Shown here: positions 39,620-47,803 of the stretch, piece by piece
How positions within the stretch are numbered: position 1 is the stretch's first letter
How the letters are laid out: the number at the start of each line of letters is the position of its first letter
Source of the DNA: a virus
DNA: 64,000 nt
Reading direction: 5' to 3' (one strand)
Virus record (IMG/VR): IMGVR_UViG_3300009085_000022
Location: 1 to 64,000 of that record
Translations under genes and position numbers: made by a program
Notes under the pieces: model-generated
The model's input: the letters and a program-made list of their open reading frames with translations, nothing else
Databases searched by the model: none
What the model was told of the DNA's origin: nothing

Positions 39620-39784
39620 AAGTAATTGTTGGAAAGAATAGTTTAGCGCGCAACAGCTATCTTTCTCTGATTATTTCTATCCGCAATCAGTAAAAGGAGA
39701 CTCACCCATCCTTGATATTATCTTACCAGTCATCTACAGAGAAAAATGTCTCTTGTAGGGGAGTATTTGCTACAACAATTACTT
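39620..39784 (-). ncRNA. Candidate structured ncRNA (~165 nt)
   Basis: Perfect 12-bp closing helix AAGTAATTGTTG/CAACAATTACTT enclosing four hairpins; fills the whole Cys-Gln tRNA spacer. Strand inferred from the neighbours. Confidence 0.55.
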
Positions 39785-39786
39785 AG

Positions 39787-39858
39787 AGCCTCCGACTGGG
39801 CTCGAACCAGTACACACGGTTTTGCAGACCGCTACCTTAGCCATTTGGTTACAGAGGC
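39787..39858 (-). tRNA. tRNA-Cys(GCA)
   Basis: GCGGT-CTGCAAA-ACCGT arm; GGTTCGAGCC; U73 discriminator. Confidence 0.9.
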
Positions 39859-39865
39859 GTATATA

Positions 39866-40450
39866 CTAAGGTATATATAAGTTAGTTGGATTATCTTTAT
39901 GAATTTCAATATCTGGATATTTTGTATGAAAAGTCTGGACATTAAAAGGATGTGTAATCAAATGATTACCAGATTTTGATGGTAAAATAGCTACTAATTT
40001 ATCATAGTTTCCTATTGGTTCGCAGTCAATATTAATAAACGCCATCATTATTGGAGATACTTGTTTATTATCTATATCTAAAATCCAATAGGCGTTTTTT
40101 TCATTATGTCCTTGTCCTGTAGCTTTATCATAAGATTTGTTACAAAATGCGAATTCTTTATTAGAAATAGTATTTGCAAGATTAACCATACATTTATAAG
40201 CAGTCTTTTCAAAACTACGTTTATTTAATCTAAACATAGCCCTTGCATTAAAAACGTCACATAATTTAATAATCTCATTTTCATGAGATAACAAATAATC
40301 TATAGATTTAATATAATAATTTCTTATTACATGTGAATTAGATCCAACTTCCTCATTCTCTTTTTTACGCTGTAAGATTTGTAAAAAGTAAAAATCATCT
40401 TCGCTTGTAAAATTTAGAAGAGGAATTATTCGTTTAAAGTTATTTACCAT
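39866..40450 (-). CDS. Conserved phage protein with AEP (primase-polymerase)-like motifs
   Basis: WILDID (hhhDxD), PSKSGNHLI (SxxGxH), HKD. Confidence 0.5.
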   Translation of the reverse strand: MVNNFKRIIPLLNFTSEDDFYFLQILQRKKENEEVGSNSHVIRNYYIKSIDYLLSHENEIIKLCDVFNARAMFRLNKRSFEKTAYKCMVNLANTISNKEFAFCNKSYDKATGQGHNEKNAYWILDIDNKQVSPIMMAFINIDCEPIGNYDKLVAILPSKSGNHLITHPFNVQTFHTKYPDIEIHKDNPTNLYIP

Positions 40451-40465
40451 AATTTTAAGTTTTAG

Positions 40466-40540
40466 GGTGATTGATGAGCTACGATCTCATTACCTTCAGA
40501 TCCACAACCTGACGCTCTAACCAATTGAGCTACAATCACC
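40466..40540 (-). tRNA. tRNA-His(GUG)
   Basis: Encoded G-1:C73; TCAGG-TTGTGGA-TCTGA; atypical T-loop ATCGTAG. Confidence 0.85.
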
Positions 40541-40547
40541 ATATTAG

Positions 40548-40621
40548 TAGAGACAGGAGGATTTGAACCTCCTACCTCCCGGATATCAGCCGGGTGCTCT
40601 AGCCAATTGAGCTATGTCTCT
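40548..40621 (-). tRNA. tRNA-Ile(GAU)
   Basis: CCCGG-CTGATAT-CCGGG; GGTTCAAATCC; A73. Confidence 0.9.
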
Positions 40622-40819
40622 AAAATTACCATAATCATTATCTGGGTAATTATTAATTATTTTTTTAATTTTTTGATTTCTATCTTCTATAGTTTCAGAA
40701 GGTCGTAATGGCCTATTACATAAAAGATATAATTGGTAATCTTCTTCAATATTTTGTGGATATAATCTAAAATAAGACAATCTTTTTAATAACGCCATAA
40801 TTATTAATTTTAAAAACAT
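40586..40819 (-). CDS. Hypothetical protein running into tRNA-Ile
   Basis: Fills the Asp-Ile spacer; last 12 codons overlap the tRNA. Confidence 0.45.
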   Translation of the reverse strand: MFLKLIIMALLKRLSYFRLYPQNIEEDYQLYLLCNRPLRPSETIEDRNQKIKKIINNYPDNDYGNFRDIAQLARAPG

Positions 40820-40836
40820 TTATATTTTTATTAATG

Positions 40837-40907
40837 CAGAATGTGTGGGACTCGAACCCCTACTTCTCATAGACAGTGAGATATGTTACCATTACACTAC
40901 ACACTCT
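40837..40907 (-). tRNA. tRNA-Asp(GUC), atypical fold
   Basis: TCTCA-CTGTCTA-TGAGA; 8-bp acceptor AGAGTGTG/CACATTCT, short T-stem, G73. Confidence 0.8.
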
Positions 40908-40911
40908 AAAG

Positions 40912-40983
40912 TAGCGGAATTAGGATTTGAACCTAAGTCTTGAGCCTATGAAACTCACGAGTTAACCATTTCTCTATTCCGCA
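40912..40983 (-). tRNA. tRNA-Met(CAU), partly initiator-like
   Basis: TGAGT-TTCATAG-GCTCA; U1:U72 mismatch and A11:U24, but lacks the three G-C anticodon-stem pairs. Confidence 0.85.
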
Positions 40984-41407
40984 TAAAATTTTCTAAATAT
41001 AAAATAGCATTTTTTAATATAGTAGTATCATCTTCTGCAAATCCTAACATTAAGTTACATTGTGCACATAATAATCCTCGTACTTTCCCGCTAATATGAT
41101 CATGATCAATTACTGTACTAGGATTTTTATTACAAATAATACAATTTTTATTATTATTAATTAATTGTATTAATTCATTTACAGAGATATTATATTTTTT
41201 TGCTTTTAAAGATAAAGTATTTTTCTTTTTGTATATTGCTGTAGCTTTTTGATGTTTAGCTTTATTTTTAGGATACCATATTTCTCTAGAATACTTATTA
41301 TGGCAACTTTTACAAACACTACGATACCCATCAATTGAAGCACTTTTTTTACTAAAAAAAATAAGTTCTTTATTTTCTCCGCATTTATTGCATATTTTAT
41401 ATTTCAT
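40955..41407 (-). CDS. Endonuclease VII-family (His-Me) nuclease with N-terminal Zn finger
   Basis: CNKC..CKSC; CIIC..IDHDHISGKVRGLLCAQCNLMLG. Confidence 0.9.
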   Translation of the reverse strand: MKYKICNKCGENKELIFFSKKSASIDGYRSVCKSCHNKYSREIWYPKNKAKHQKATAIYKKKNTLSLKAKKYNISVNELIQLINNNKNCIICNKNPSTVIDHDHISGKVRGLLCAQCNLMLGFAEDDTTILKNAILYLENFMRNREMVNS

Positions 41408-41436
41408 TAATATTTTATATTAGTATGTATTTTTGG

Positions 41437-42033
41437 TTAAATTATTCTTAAAGTTAAATCAAAATTCTGATACTTTCTTAAATAAGTTTCAACGGAAGTA
41501 CCATTCATATCTCTTTTATTAACTTTTCCATTAGTTTTAAAATACAACTTAACATTTCCTGCTCCTGCTAAATGACAAGCTGCTAATATACCAGATTTAG
41601 TAATAATTATTCCATTTAGTTCAGTCCCTTCTAAATCTTTAATATAGGTCTCCATAAGAGTACTATTATATTCCATTAATGTTATTAATACTTCTTTTTG
41701 TAGTTCTGGTGGGAATATATTAGGATCTTTTTTAAATGCTTTAAGGGTTATATGATGATATCCAATCATTTTTAAAGTTCCAGTTAGAAACTGGTACTCA
41801 CTAAAAGCACCTATTTTATTAATTTCTAACCAATTATTTCTAGATTCATCATATCCCAATTGATTTATCCATAAAGATAATACATTATTGTATCGCTTTA
41901 TTTCTAAAAAATTAAAAGCATTAGTTTCTCTTATTTTATTAGTAGTATTATCTAATACAGCAGGAGCTGTAGATTTACTATAAGCTAATAAAATAATTAA
42001 AGTTAAAAAAATAATTTTTACTAGTTTTATCAT
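41437..42033 (-). CDS. Lysozyme/lytic-transglycosylase-like protein with N-terminal signal/anchor (endolysin candidate)
   Basis: ES.NN...N.IGA..YQF and GILAACHLAGAGNV motifs; hydrophobic N-terminus. Confidence 0.7.
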   Translation of the reverse strand: MIKLVKIIFLTLIILLAYSKSTAPAVLDNTTNKIRETNAFNFLEIKRYNNVLSLWINQLGYDESRNNWLEINKIGAFSEYQFLTGTLKMIGYHHITLKAFKKDPNIFPPELQKEVLITLMEYNSTLMETYIKDLEGTELNGIIITKSGILAACHLAGAGNVKLYFKTNGKVNKRDMNGTSVETYLRKYQNFDLTLRII

Positions 42034-42053
42034 TTTTTAAAAATTTAGTACGA

Positions 42054-42085
42054 CAAAGATAATGATTAATTTTTATATTTCCAAA
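42054..42085 (-). promoter_or_regulatory. Bacteroidota primary-sigma promoter for the lysozyme-tRNA unit
   Basis: Minus strand TTTG, 20 nt, TATCTTTG; ATG at 42033. Confidence 0.75.
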
Positions 42086-42087
42086 TT

Positions 42088-42405
42088 CTACTTTAATTTA
42101 GATTTTTTGAATTTAATATTACGATTTACCAATTCTTCAACATAGCTTTTATCATTTTTAGCAAATAACACCCATAAGTCTTCAGACTCTTCTCCATCTC
42201 CAAATAATTTAAACAATGTGTTTGGATATTTAATTGAAAAAGATTTTATATCTTCTTGAGCATTATACCATTTAGCCTCATTTTTACTATATCCTTCATC
42301 ATCTAGTGCCCAAGCAGCATCTTCATTTTCTTTTAATAAAGTACTAATTATATCAGGTGCTTCTGCATTTTCTAATTCTAATCTATAGTTTGTATAATAT
42401 CCCAT
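42088..42405 (-). CDS. Conserved phage hypothetical protein
   Basis: MGYYT..KWY..S.KYP..LF.L.G.GEE..DLW. Confidence 0.7.
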   Translation of the reverse strand: MGYYTNYRLELENAEAPDIISTLLKENEDAAWALDDEGYSKNEAKWYNAQEDIKSFSIKYPNTLFKLFGDGEESEDLWVLFAKNDKSYVEELVNRNIKFKKSKLK

Positions 42406-42417
42406 AAATAATATTTA

Positions 42418-44421
42418 TTAATGATTCCAAAATTTACAAATAACAGCTTCAGCTTTTAAAGGTATCACTTTACAATAAACTTTACCTGCTTTAGCCATAC
42501 AATTTTCTACTACTTCTTTTAATCGTTCTCCTAAGTTTTCTGGGCATTCTAATAAAATTTCATCGTGTATTACATTTACAAATTTTACTATATTTAATAA
42601 ATTATTCTCCTTAATATATTTAAATATATAAATACAAGCTAATTTTGTTATTTCAGCACTGCTGCCTTGTATAGGGTAGTTCAATGCCATTCTACTTATA
42701 TTACCTTGTAATTTAAAATATTTACTTACTAAAGGCTTTAATTCATTAGAAAATAATATAGATTCTTTTGCTTTTTCTTCACGATATTTTTCCCAAAATC
42801 CTGGATGATTTACTTTTCCTTCTAAATTTTTATATATATCAAAGTTATGTATAAAACATTTACTATGACTTATATTATTAAATAAAATATAACCATCTCT
42901 TAGAGCCTGTTTAATAGTTTGTTTAAAATACTTATTTACATCAGGAAAAGCTTTAAAATAAGCCTCATAAATAGCTTGTCCCTCTTCTTTAGGTATATTT
43001 AGATTATCAGATATAGTAGAGCCATCTCCTCCATAGTTTATAGCAAAACCTGCTGATTTTGCAATCTGACGTTCTCTTTTATATTTAGCTTTAATTTCTT
43101 TAAGAGGCACATCATTTAAATAAGGATAAATTTTAGAGGCAATATAGCTATGCATATCACCTAATCCATTTTGATAAAATAATAATATATCAGGATCTAA
43201 AGTCCAGTTAGCAAATACTATTTGTTCTTGTCCACTATAATCTGCATCAATAAATATATTACCTGGTTCTGGAACAAAACAATCTCTTTCATATATTTTA
43301 TCCTTTTCTCTTACTTCAGGTAATCTTGGAATATTTTGTAAATTAATAGTATCTTTATCTCCTTGCTTACCACCAGAAGACATTCTTCCAGTATCCATTA
43401 TTTGAGTAAAAGACGTATGTATTCTATTTGTAACAGGATGAACCTTAGTTAATACCGTTTCACCATATTTTGCTAAAATAGTTTCATTTTTTTTATAATT
43501 TAAATATAATGGAACTATCGGATGATTATCTTTAACTTTTTCTAATACTCCAGAATCAACAGAATCTTTTAATTCTCCTGTTTTTTCATCATTTACTTGT
43601 ATATTTAAACCTAAGTAAGTAAATAACTCAGCAACCTGTAAAGGAGACGACCAGTTTATTGATAGTCGTTTTTCAGAATTAAATAAATCTAATTGAGATT
43701 CAATATATCTTGTAATATTATTATCTATTATCCATTGATTTAATGAATATAAACTTTGTTGATATATTAATTGATTCTGTAATATCTTTTGTTTCCAAAG
43801 ATTAACATCTAATTTAATACCGGAATATTCAATATACGTTAAAGCTTGAACAAATAAATTTTCTAAATTAATAGAATTAAGTAAGTTATTATCATTTAGT
43901 CTTCTCCATTGAGATGCTTTTAAATCAGGTAAATATTGGACATCTTCTGCACAATAATTTATTACTTTATAAGAAAAGCCTTCTCTGAAGATTTTACCTC
44001 TAGTTGTTTTAGTTAAACTATAATTAAAATATTTTTTAACAACTGCTTCCAAACTTTTTCTAACAGTTTTATCTCCTTTAGATAATACACATTCGCCTAA
44101 ATAAGTATCCCATATTTTTTCAGGATAAATTCCTACATGATATAAAAATTTTAAATCAAATTTAGCATTATGTATTAACAATTCTTTATTTAAAAGAATA
44201 TCCTTTACTTCTTCTATGGGATGAATGGAGGCATCAACAACAAATTGATGCACTCCATTACCTAATTGATAGGATATAAGTTTATCTATATAGGGGTCAA
44301 ATCCAGTAGTTTCTGTATCAAATCCTATTTCATCTTTATGTTTAAAATACTCTATTAAATCCTTAATAGTAGCATTTTCTACTCCAATATGATTAACTTT
44401 TTGTCCAATAAAATATATCAT
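42418..44421 (-). CDS. polA: Family A DNA polymerase with 3'-5' exonuclease
   Basis: DTET, HNAKFD, YCAED; TGRMSS, DYSGQE, RQIAKSAGFAINYG (Phe at the 762-equivalent), NYPIQG, IHDE. Confidence 0.95.
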   Translation of the reverse strand: MIYFIGQKVNHIGVENATIKDLIEYFKHKDEIGFDTETTGFDPYIDKLISYQLGNGVHQFVVDASIHPIEEVKDILLNKELLIHNAKFDLKFLYHVGIYPEKIWDTYLGECVLSKGDKTVRKSLEAVVKKYFNYSLTKTTRGKIFREGFSYKVINYCAEDVQYLPDLKASQWRRLNDNNLLNSINLENLFVQALTYIEYSGIKLDVNLWKQKILQNQLIYQQSLYSLNQWIIDNNITRYIESQLDLFNSEKRLSINWSSPLQVAELFTYLGLNIQVNDEKTGELKDSVDSGVLEKVKDNHPIVPLYLNYKKNETILAKYGETVLTKVHPVTNRIHTSFTQIMDTGRMSSGGKQGDKDTINLQNIPRLPEVREKDKIYERDCFVPEPGNIFIDADYSGQEQIVFANWTLDPDILLFYQNGLGDMHSYIASKIYPYLNDVPLKEIKAKYKRERQIAKSAGFAINYGGDGSTISDNLNIPKEEGQAIYEAYFKAFPDVNKYFKQTIKQALRDGYILFNNISHSKCFIHNFDIYKNLEGKVNHPGFWEKYREEKAKESILFSNELKPLVSKYFKLQGNISRMALNYPIQGSSAEITKLACIYIFKYIKENNLLNIVKFVNVIHDEILLECPENLGERLKEVVENCMAKAGKVYCKVIPLKAEAVICKFWNH

Positions 44422-44702
44422 AACTTTTTATTCTTATTTATACTTGGTGCACAATTCAAATAAACTAAACCAAACATACGTTTAGTATATTTTTTAGACA
44501 TATGAAAAGTTTTACTTAATATATCAATTGCCCAACTATACCATTCATCGTGTTGAACTTGAGTTACTGCATATTTTTTATACCAATTTCCAGATTTACA
44601 TAATCTTGGGTGCTTTTTAATCATTTCTGTAACTGTAATTCCATGATATTTTTCAAGCCACCAATTTATAAGAAATTCTTCAGTTAATTCTGTTTTTTTC
44701 AT
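44418..44702 (-). CDS. Hypothetical protein
   Basis: 94 aa; ATGA overlaps on both sides. Confidence 0.7.
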   Translation of the reverse strand: MKKTELTEEFLINWWLEKYHGITVTEMIKKHPRLCKSGNWYKKYAVTQVQHDEWYSWAIDILSKTFHMSKKYTKRMFGLVYLNCAPSINKNKKL

Positions 44703-44917
44703 CCGTCTAAAGATAATAAAGTTTTTATCATATCCTGTTCTTCTTGTTCAAAATCTCCATTAGAATTAGTTCTTGCATAAGAATACGCACCTATTTTATC
44801 AAGAAGATCATCTACTTTTAGTTTATTTCCAGTCCATCTTGCTGTATGTAGATTTATTAATAGTCTTCTATATATAGCCAACTCTTCTTCTGGTGAGGGT
44901 CTTTTTAAATGTTTCAT
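44699..44917 (-). CDS. Hypothetical protein
   Basis: 72 aa, coupled. Confidence 0.65.
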   Translation of the reverse strand: MKHLKRPSPEEELAIYRRLLINLHTARWTGNKLKVDDLLDKIGAYSYARTNSNGDFEQEEQDMIKTLLSLDG

Positions 44918-44923
44918 TTTGTA

Positions 44924-45133
44924 TTATTTAATAATTTTAAAACAATTAGCGCAAACATGCCCTTGATTAAGAGTTTCTTGTTTATATCTTTTTTGTATAG
45001 GACATTTGCAATATTTTTTATCATTCTCTTCTTTAAAAGCTTCTAAAATTTCATTAGCAATATGTTCTATCAATGAATTTTCTAATGAAGTATGTCTAGT
45101 TATTTCCTGAATAATTATTTCCTTTCTTGTCAT
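44924..45133 (-). CDS. Small Zn-binding hypothetical protein
   Basis: CKC..CANC. Confidence 0.6.
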   Translation of the reverse strand: MTRKEIIIQEITRHTSLENSLIEHIANEILEAFKEENDKKYCKCPIQKRYKQETLNQGHVCANCFKIIK

Positions 45134-45324
45134 TTTGTATTATTTAAAAACTCTTTAAGTTTACTACATGTTTGAGTATGAGTACTCCAATCTTCTCCTA
45201 TTACTTCTTTAACTACTTTAGTACGAATTTTACCACGTTTTCTATTTTTAGTAATAGTTCTAGTTAAATAAACTTTAGGAATTGATTGTTTACAAAATGG
45301 ACAATAATGATTAAATTTTGACAT
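45130..45324 (-). CDS. Small Zn-finger protein
   Basis: Start revised to MSKFNHYCPFC; CxxC..HxxxC. Confidence 0.6.
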   Translation of the reverse strand: MSKFNHYCPFCKQSIPKVYLTRTITKNRKRGKIRTKVVKEVIGEDWSTHTQTCSKLKEFLNNTK

Positions 45325-45343
45325 ATTATTTTGTATTATTGTT

Positions 45344-47794
45344 TCAGTCACATTTTGAGTAGCCACACTGCTTACAGGATGTGCACCCGCTTTCACTGAC
45401 CAGACTGCCACTACTATTACAATTAGGGCACATACTATTATTACTATTATTTCCATATTTAAGATATTTTTTAAATGTTCTAGCTATTGCTTTAGCAAAA
45501 GATGTAATATCACCTTCGGCTTTATTTAGCTGTTCTACTCCAAATTCAAGTTTAGCACCGTGTCTTAATGCCCATGATACAACTCTTGTAAAAGCCTCTT
45601 CTTCCTGAGTCATATTGTGAGTAATATCTTCAATAACTATTTGATTATCTAATGATATTAAATCATATCTTCCGCCATGAACCCTTCTTAAAATACCATG
45701 TTCTATAGCTACTTTATCTATCTTACCATTAACAGCAAATACCTCATAAGGCAATCCATCTAATAATCCTATAAATACTTTCCAAGGTCTTCCTTTAGCC
45801 ATTATATTATAAACATCACAATATAAATCTTTAGGACGTTTTGGGGCATCATATTGATTAAACTTAGACTGTTGATTTATAGTAAGTATACCTTCTCTAC
45901 TTCCATCTCTATAACAAGTTATACCTTTTAATCCTTTTTCCCAAGCTACAAAATATAAATTAGATACATCTTCTTTTGTAGCAGAACTAGGTAAATTATA
46001 AGTTACACTTATACTATGATCTATCCAAGGTTGAATAACAGATTGAAGTTCAAGTTTTTTAAAAGGATCAATTTCATGAGCAGTTGCTTTACTATAAGGA
46101 GATTCCTCTATCCAAAGCTTTACATCTTCATCTGATAATTCATCTGCTGGAGCAGACGCATGAGCAGTAATTTCTATAAATCTTTTAAATTTAGGATGAA
46201 ATACATCATACTCTTCCCACCAATCTCCTTGTTTATCTTGAATAGTTTTATTAGGATTATCAGCAGTTACTTTACGTTTTCTTTTATAAGATAATGCAAA
46301 CACTGGTTCAATTCCAGAAGAAACTTTAGCTAACATAGAAATACTTCCAGTAGGAGCAATAGTTAAATTGCCTATATTTCTACGTCCTACATGCTCATAT
46401 AATCCATAAACTTCTCTCTCACCACTATCATATAAAGCAGAAAGAACTTTATTTAAATAAGGATGGTCCTTTTCTTTTTCATAATTCCATATAGGAAAGC
46501 AATCTCTTTCAGAAGCTAGAATTATAGACTCTTTATAAGAATTAATAGCTATTACTTTATTAGCCAATTCTGCAAATTTTATAAAAGAATCATCTCCATA
46601 TTTTAATCCTAATGCGGCTCCTGCATCTGCGAGTCCCATTTGACCTAATCCAGTACGTCTGCCTAATAAAAGTTTATCATATACCTTTTGCCATAAAAGT
46701 AATTCTGTGTTTTTAGTATCCTCATCTTCTGGATCTTGTTCGATTTTATAAATAATTTTACTTATTTTTTCTGCTTCTAAATCAATAACATCATCCATTA
46801 ATCTTTGTGCTAATATTACATCTTTTTCTAATGTTAATAAATCATATTTAGAATCAGGCGTAAAAGGATTTAAAACATAGGCATAAAGATTTATTGCAGA
46901 TAATCTACAACTATCATAAGCACATAATGGAAGCTCCCCACAAGGATTTGTCGAAATAGTTTTAAATTCTTCATAACAATCTGCAGGAGATTCAGATATT
47001 ATCTTATCCCAAAACAATACTCCAGGTTCAGCCGATTTCCAAGCTTGATGAATAAGTTTATTCCATAGATCTTTTGATTTTATTAATTTTGCAAATTGCC
47101 CACCAAAAGAATCTTTAGTTAAATAATCATCATTTATCATAGATTTCATAAATTCATCAGTGACTTTTATTGAAATATTAGCTCCTGTAACTTTAGTTAA
47201 ATCATCTTTTAAAGTTATAAAATCTTCTATATCAGGATGATCGACGTTCATTGAAATCATTAAGGCTCCACGTCTTCCTTCTTGTGCTACTTCTCTTGTA
47301 GTATTAGAGAATCTACTTGCAAAAGACACTGCACCAGTAGAGCTATTTGCTGCATTATTAACTTTAGAACGCTTTGGGCGTAGGGTGGAAATATCTATTC
47401 CTACCCCACCCCTGCGTTTCATTAATTGAGCTAATTCTTGATCAGCTTTAAATATACCACCATAACTATCTTTTGGAGAATCTACTACAAAACAATTCCC
47501 AAGAGTAGAAAGAGTAGTACCGTTACCTATACCAAATAAACAGGAACCTCCTAAAACAAATTTATTATAATCTTTAAGAAATTCATAAATAACATCATAA
47601 GCTATAGGATTAGGATATTTTTGTTCTATTCTAGCTAATTCTTTAGCTATTCTTTTAATTGTGTCATCAGGTGATAATTCCAAAAAATTATCTTCATTAG
47701 TTTTTAATGCATATTTATCCAACCACACATTAGCTATTAGTTCATCTTTAAAATAATCTAATGCTTTTTTCTCAACTTCACTTTTTTTATACAT
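45344..47794 (-). CDS. nrdJ: Class II (adenosylcobalamin) ribonucleotide reductase
   Basis: GNCFV, RRGALM, EPGVLF, TNPCGE, RRTGLG, TIAPTGS, KGITCYRDGSR, C-terminal CPNC..CTSCKQCGYSKC; no R2 gene nearby. Confidence 0.9.
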   Translation of the reverse strand: MYKKSEVEKKALDYFKDELIANVWLDKYALKTNEDNFLELSPDDTIKRIAKELARIEQKYPNPIAYDVIYEFLKDYNKFVLGGSCLFGIGNGTTLSTLGNCFVVDSPKDSYGGIFKADQELAQLMKRRGGVGIDISTLRPKRSKVNNAANSSTGAVSFASRFSNTTREVAQEGRRGALMISMNVDHPDIEDFITLKDDLTKVTGANISIKVTDEFMKSMINDDYLTKDSFGGQFAKLIKSKDLWNKLIHQAWKSAEPGVLFWDKIISESPADCYEEFKTISTNPCGELPLCAYDSCRLSAINLYAYVLNPFTPDSKYDLLTLEKDVILAQRLMDDVIDLEAEKISKIIYKIEQDPEDEDTKNTELLLWQKVYDKLLLGRRTGLGQMGLADAGAALGLKYGDDSFIKFAELANKVIAINSYKESIILASERDCFPIWNYEKEKDHPYLNKVLSALYDSGEREVYGLYEHVGRRNIGNLTIAPTGSISMLAKVSSGIEPVFALSYKRKRKVTADNPNKTIQDKQGDWWEEYDVFHPKFKRFIEITAHASAPADELSDEDVKLWIEESPYSKATAHEIDPFKKLELQSVIQPWIDHSISVTYNLPSSATKEDVSNLYFVAWEKGLKGITCYRDGSREGILTINQQSKFNQYDAPKRPKDLYCDVYNIMAKGRPWKVFIGLLDGLPYEVFAVNGKIDKVAIEHGILRRVHGGRYDLISLDNQIVIEDITHNMTQEEEAFTRVVSWALRHGAKLEFGVEQLNKAEGDITSFAKAIARTFKKYLKYGNNSNNSMCPNCNSSGSLVSESGCTSCKQCGYSKCD

Positions 47795-47803
47795 AATATT
47801 AAA

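Noticed and set aside
39620-39786. Theta/HDV-like or hammerhead ribozyme at the tRNA-Cys 3' end
   Set aside because: No G at the expected cleavage position, no evident HDV nested pseudoknot, and no CUGANGA/GAAA core; kept only as an unknown ncRNA.
45325-45456. Hydrophobic N-terminal extension of the 108-aa ORF overlapping nrdJ
   Set aside because: It is a shifted reading of the AAT/AGT-rich nrdJ tail; ATG 45324 gives a non-overlapping gene.
42418-47794. Introns or inteins in polA and nrdJ
   Set aside because: Both are continuous, of normal length, with motifs in order and no intein termini seen.
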